From assembly GCA_951406725.2 (NCBI GenBank), contig OX597818.1, positions 123,566,001 through 123,630,000 on the forward strand: a stretch of 64,000 bases of DNA. The letters run 5' to 3'. The DNA comes from Octopus vulgaris. Its lineage: Eukaryota. This document shows, piece by piece, positions 58,466 to 64,000 of the stretch; within the stretch, counting starts at the first letter, position 1, and each line of letters starts with the position of its first letter. Made by a program: the position numbers and the translations under genes. Under the pieces are notes generated by a model. The model was not told the DNA's origin. It saw nothing but the letters and a program-made list of their open reading frames with translations, and did no database searches.

Positions 58466-58860
58466 GGCGGCGAGCTGGCAGAATCGTTAGCACACCGGGC
58501 GAAATGCTTTGCGGTATTTCATCTACCGCTACGTTCTGAGTTCAAATTCCGCCGAGGTCGATTTTGCCTTTCATCCTTTCGGGGGTCGATTAAATAAGTA
58601 CCAGTTACGCACTGGGGTCGACTTAATCCGTTTGTTTGTCCTTGTTTGTCCTCTCTGTGTTTAGCTTCTTGTAGGCAGTAAAGAAATATGTATTTCTCCC
58701 GTCTTTACGTTCTGAGTTCAAATTCCGCCGAGGTCGATTTTGCCTTTCATCTTTTCAAAATCGATAAATTAAGTACCAGTCAAGTACTGGAGTTGATGTA
58801 ATCGACTTGCTCCCTTCCCACAAGTTTAAGGCTTTGTGCTTATAGTAGAAAGGATTATTA
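58466..58860 (+). mobile_element. SINE family C dimer
   Basis: Head plus two bodies with two different 3' ends, abutting (TTA)n. Confidence 0.82.
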
Positions 58861-60133
58861 TTATTGTTATAAAGTCTCACCGAGGTCAACATTACTTTCG
58901 AGTTTGATAACCTCCAAGTACTAGGGTCAATTTCAACAATTAAACTCCTCCAAAGTTGTGATTGTATCTATATAAAAAATAATTCCAGAGCAACAGATTG
59001 GCGGAATTGTTACTGCGCCAGACGAACTGTTTTGTGGTATTTCTTCCGAAGTTTTACGCTATGTGTTCAATTATCGCCGAGGTTGACTTTGGTTTTCATC
59101 CTCTTGAGGTTGATAAAATTAAGTGTAAGTTTTGCACCGGCTTCGCCCTCCCCCCAGAATTGTCAATCTTGTTGCAAAATTTATTTGGCTTGCAGTAGTT
59201 ATTATGGCTTGCAGTAGTAGCAGTAGTAGTGGAGGGGGCTGTCATTTAACCTGATGAGCCATGTTTATAATCAAAGACACTCCATCCCTAAACATTCCAT
59301 CTTCCAGGTGTAGCAGGAACTATGAAAAACAGTAACTAAATCTCCCTCAAATTACAACCGACACTCTTTATTAATTAATCCGAGAATGTTATGTGCTTAT
59401 AACATTTGTAGTATCAACCCAATTGTATGCATAGCTGTCCATTGTCACTTGCACTCAATCATTGTGGACAGTCAGCAACTGATCAGAGCTGAAGTATTTT
59501 CTAATTCTGGGGGATGAAACTTTGTTTTGTGAGATACATTTATAGTAAAGACATATACAGAAAGTTGCAACTAGAGATAGTCGAAGCTTTCAGGTTTAGC
59601 ACTTACAGTGGCTTTCATTTGTCAACATATGGATTTAAAACGGTACCTTTGAAACTTGGCTTTGCTACCTGTATTGAGATATGCTTTTGAGGCCTTTGAT
59701 CATGAAGGCTACATATTTTATCAGGTGTGAGGTATCTGGGATCTAAGTAAATTATGCTTGTGTATGCAATGTTAAGACGGTAGGTGTTCTTTGTTGTGAA
59801 GTGTATGCGGCTCGAAGAAACAGCATAAATATATTGGTAGAAGATTTGGAATGACATTTGGAAACAACTTAGTTGATAGAAGGTGGTTCTGCATATGTTG
59901 CCGCTCATGTAACGTTTGACCAAAGAAATAAGTGACAAATGTAGATCTAAGGCGAGTAAACCAGCTTAAAGATTCTTCCGTTAAACACGGTTCGAGGTTT
60001 TGCTGATATCAAAGGAAATAAAATTGCTTTTTCTTTAGTTAAGAGAGAAGAAAAATAAATAAAAAAAGTGAAACAAAACGGGAGGGGGAAGAGAGATGCC
60101 ACTGGTATGAAATATTGATTAGGAAGACAACTA

Positions 60134-60375
60134 CAGTGTATCCATAAAATCATACTCTTACTCTTTACTCTCTTTTACTTGTTTCAGTCATTTGACTGCG
60201 GCTATGCTGGAGCACAGCCTTTAATCGAGCAACTCGACCCCGGGACTTATTCTTTTGTAAGCCCAGTACTTATTCTATCGATCTCTTTTGCCGAACCGCT
60301 AAGTTACGGGGACATAAACACATCAGCATCGGTTGTCAAGCAATGCTAGGGGGACAAACACAGACACACAAACAT

Positions 60376-60448
<73 letters not shown>

Positions 60449-60728
60449 TACGACGGGCTTCTTTTCAGTTTCCGTCTACCAAATCCACTCACAAGGCTTT
60501 GGTTGGCCCGAGGCTATAGTAGAAGACACTTGCCCAAGGTGCCACGCAGTGGGACTGAACCCGAAAGCATGTGGTTGGTAAACAAGATACTTACCACACA
60601 GCCACTCCTGCGCCTATCATAGTGGAATTTCAAAATTATTTATTGATGTAACTTGCAACACTGTGTAGCATTGCAAATTACTTCAATAAATAGTTTTGAA
60701 ATCTCACCATGACTTTCCGGACACACTG
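60134..60728. mobile_element. Palindromic Tc1/mariner-type MITE interrupted by SINE B
   Basis: TA|CAGTGTATCCATAAAATCAT ... ATGACTTTCCGGACACACTG|TA, and 60617-60712 forms a long hairpin. Confidence 0.68.
60155..60615 (-). mobile_element. SINE family B inserted into a MITE
   Basis: Full-length match; TSD ATCATA at 60149-60154 and 60616-60621. Confidence 0.88.
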
Positions 60729-61144
60729 TATTTGCGACAGCTTGAGCATGTATTGTGTATCATAGCCGCGAGTCAAGCAAAACTTTGTGATTGAAGCAGT
60801 CGCAGGGACAGTTCCTTGAATGGAAAACATACATGATTGCCCAGTTTAACACCATATACCTGACCCTGAGTATAACTTCTGTTCACTTCTGCCAATGTCG
60901 GAGGCCTTGAAAAAGGTCATACACACTGGAATTAACCAATTAAAAATATCTCTAATAGACATGACTCTGCGAAAATCGTACAGATGATTACAGAGAAATG
61001 AAAAAAAAATTGAGAAGAGGTACTTCTTTGTCTCTTTCAGATATTGGAGATGGGTGTCATTGCCTAGTGGTTGTCAGGATAAGAGCGGTTGCTTCTTTTG
61101 GAGACACATAATACGCTTTAACGTCTTGGCACAGATTGAGAGTG

Positions 61145-61527
61145 GAAGCACTCCGTCGGTTACGACGACGAGGGTTCCGGTTGATCCGAATCAACGGAAC
61201 AGCCTGCTCGTGAAATTAACGTGTAAGTGGCTGAGCACTCCACAGACACGTGTACCCTTAACGTAGTTCTCGGGGATACTCAGCGTGACACAGAGAGTGA
61301 CAAGGCCGGCCCTTTGAAGTACATGTACAACAGAAACAGGAAGTAAGAGTGAGAGAAAATTGTGGTGAAAGAGTACAGCAGAGATCACCACCATCCCCTG
61401 CCGGAGCTTCGTGGAGCTTTTAGGTGTTTTCGCTCAATAAACACTCACAACGCCCGGTCTGGGAATCGAAACCTCGATCTTACGACCGCGAGTCCGCTGC
61501 CCTAACCACCGGGCCATTGCGCCTCCG
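61145..61527 (-). mobile_element. SINE family A
   Basis: TSD CAGATTGAGAGTG at 61132-61144 and 61528-61540. Confidence 0.9.
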
Positions 61528-62322
61528 CAGATTGAGAGTGAACATTGTAGAGAGATAAGGATGGATTTAAGAGTTCAACAAGTATTGTGACATAGAGTTT
61601 GACATACTGTTTAAACGTAGCAAAAGTATCATCAGTCATTTTATTGATTTGACAAAAATCAGACATTTTGTGCATGGTGGCCGTACGATTGGTAGCTATG
61701 AAGATCACATCGCTACTAAAGTGGCCATATATGTTATTGCTATTGTGATTCATGATGATGATCTAAGACATTCAAACTGTAAACACCTTACCCCTATTTT
61801 AGACATTGTATATCCACGACTACCTTTTTCTATATAACTTCCAATTTTTCTCGGAGATCGTATGCAACAATGTAGGAGGTATTTTGAAACTAGTCTGTAA
61901 TAGCTAAATGATACCTAATCACAGGAGCCTACAACTGCTCGTCACAAGCTATTTCATTGGCCGAGTCGCTCACTTTTAGTCAACCAGATACTCGCAAACT
62001 CCTTCACTCAGCTCCATACTAGTACCGAGAAAACCGACCACCAGGGATCCCCTTGTTAAATAAGTCATTCAAACATGTGTTAAATTACTCATACAAATCT
62101 TTCTCTCATCTCTGTTATCCTTTTCAATATTTGATTTGTTTCCATTAATGCAACTTTTCTTGCCTGACCGAAAATCACAACAACGAGTATTTATTTCTAT
62201 ATTAAAGTGGGTCTTTCTTTACCTTTTACATTATAAATAGCTTCGTTCTACAGAATTCTAATTCTTGTCATAACCAATCAGCTATTCGCTATTTTATCTC
62301 GTTCACCTTCTTCTTCTTCCTT

Positions 62323-62365
<43 letters not shown>

Positions 62366-63598
62366 ACCCTTTCTCACTCTTTCTCTCTGTTCACAGAAAA
62401 AAGTATTTTGCTATATCTGTATTGAAATTTATTTAATAAGACATTTGAACACATACTGCTATATTATGTTACAAATGAATAATGTATTGTTTACACCGTG
62501 CGCCTTTGTGGTTTAAACAAAGCGCAGCAGGTCATCCAGAGATCGTACATAGAATTAGTTTCTTCAAGTTAACCGATAGATGTTGTGCACGTTGTCCGCA
62601 GCTTTGGTGATGTGACTGCACAACCTTAAATTCGTGACATATACAGGACAAGAGGGAAAGACAGGGGGTTGGTTACTGCAAACTGAACCGATCTTTGCAG
62701 GCATGAAAGTATTTTAGAGCCTGGATTAGCGAACTAGTTAACAAGATTGTCATCAACAACAGGTTGTAGATCTCACTAAAGACAAAAATTAGATAAGCAT
62801 CGAGTTGCTTCTTGCAGTTATTTCGGCTATTTCTTCGACGCGTTTTCTATTTCCTTATATTTTTCTACTTTAAATCATCAAGTCTCATTTTAAAGACAGC
62901 AAGAAGACTGAGCTGTTCTACTACATAACAAAATGTTGCTTTCAAATTCTGGCACAAAATCAGTCGTAAGTTGATTACGCTGGAGGGCATAAGTTGATTA
63001 CATCGACCCCGGTGTGAACTGGTACTTATTTTATCGGCCTCGAAAGAGCGAAAGGTAAAGTCTACCTCGGCAGAAAACATAAAATATTAAAACACAAACC
63101 GTTACGAACACGGGCATTGATATACAGCATTAGGGATGTTTCTAAATATAGAAATAAGATACGTGAAGACAATCAGAGAGCAAATCCACAGACACATAAA
63201 AGATGAGATTAACAGTTTCAGAAATTTCATATTAATTTAAATCTGCGAAATTTTAGGTTCAGGAACAGAAAGTCCATTGGTGGTTTCCATTTAACTTTTT
63301 TCTATTTTCTTTGGTTTCTTTTGGGAATTCCTTCACTCATTCATGTATCTTTTCTTTCTTTTTTCTTTCATTCTTTGTCAATATATTTGTTGGTTTGTAA
63401 CTTTGCTTCCTTCTTTTTTTGTTTTGTTTTTTTGTTTTTTTTCCTCTTCCATTCGCATGTTTACTTTTCATTGAATATTCTCTTTGATTTTCACACTCGC
63501 AATATTCTGATTCTAGAAGATTCACCAAGTAAACAAACGTGTCCAACTAATCCATTGTTTTGGAAACGTTTAGGCTTCAACACAGACACACACGCGCG

Positions 63599-63640
<42 letters not shown>

Positions 63641-64000
63641 TTCCTTCTCATTTTTACTTTCTCTCTCTTTCTCTCTCTCACCCTCTCTCTCTTTCTCTCT
63701 CTCTCTCTCAGCATATATGCACACACATTCCCTCTCTCTTTTACTATTTATCTCTTTCTCCCTCAGCATACATATATATATATATATATATATATGCACG
63801 CGCACGTGTGTATGTATGCATATACACATAAACATATAATATGAGTAGACATGCTTACGTGTTTACTATGAACTTTTAACCTTATTTTGATTAGCGGTCA
63901 TTGGATTAACGCTTTTATATAAGTAGCGGAATTATAACACAGTAATTTCCCTTTGTATAACGGTCTTTTTTCATAGCGTTTTTCAGATAGCCAGATAACC

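Overview
AT-rich eukaryotic genomic DNA dense in microsatellites and retroposons. The tRNA-derived SINE families, (TA)n load, Dong/R4, RTE and CR1-like LINEs point to an octopod cephalopod (inference). Host genes: (i) a + strand spliced gene with a cyclic-nucleotide-binding-like domain (exons 7612-7745, 20520-~20977, candidate last exon 36633-36776); (ii) a convergent, uninterrupted 734-aa ORF (40903-38699) whose last ~130 aa resemble Mediator subunit 29/Intersex behind a long low-complexity extension. The rest is mobile DNA: an intact-ORF CR1-like LINE inside a tandemly duplicated (TA)n block, a twin-primed RTE insertion, Dong/R4 and Tx1-like fragments, DD37D and mariner relics, hAT/mariner MITEs, a Helitron and at least five SINE families. 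The most striking unannotated signal is about eight minimal type-I hammerhead-ribozyme motifs in Penelope-like termini next to (TA)n arrays, together with several fold-back inverted repeats. Family names come from motif recognition by eye and no database search was run.
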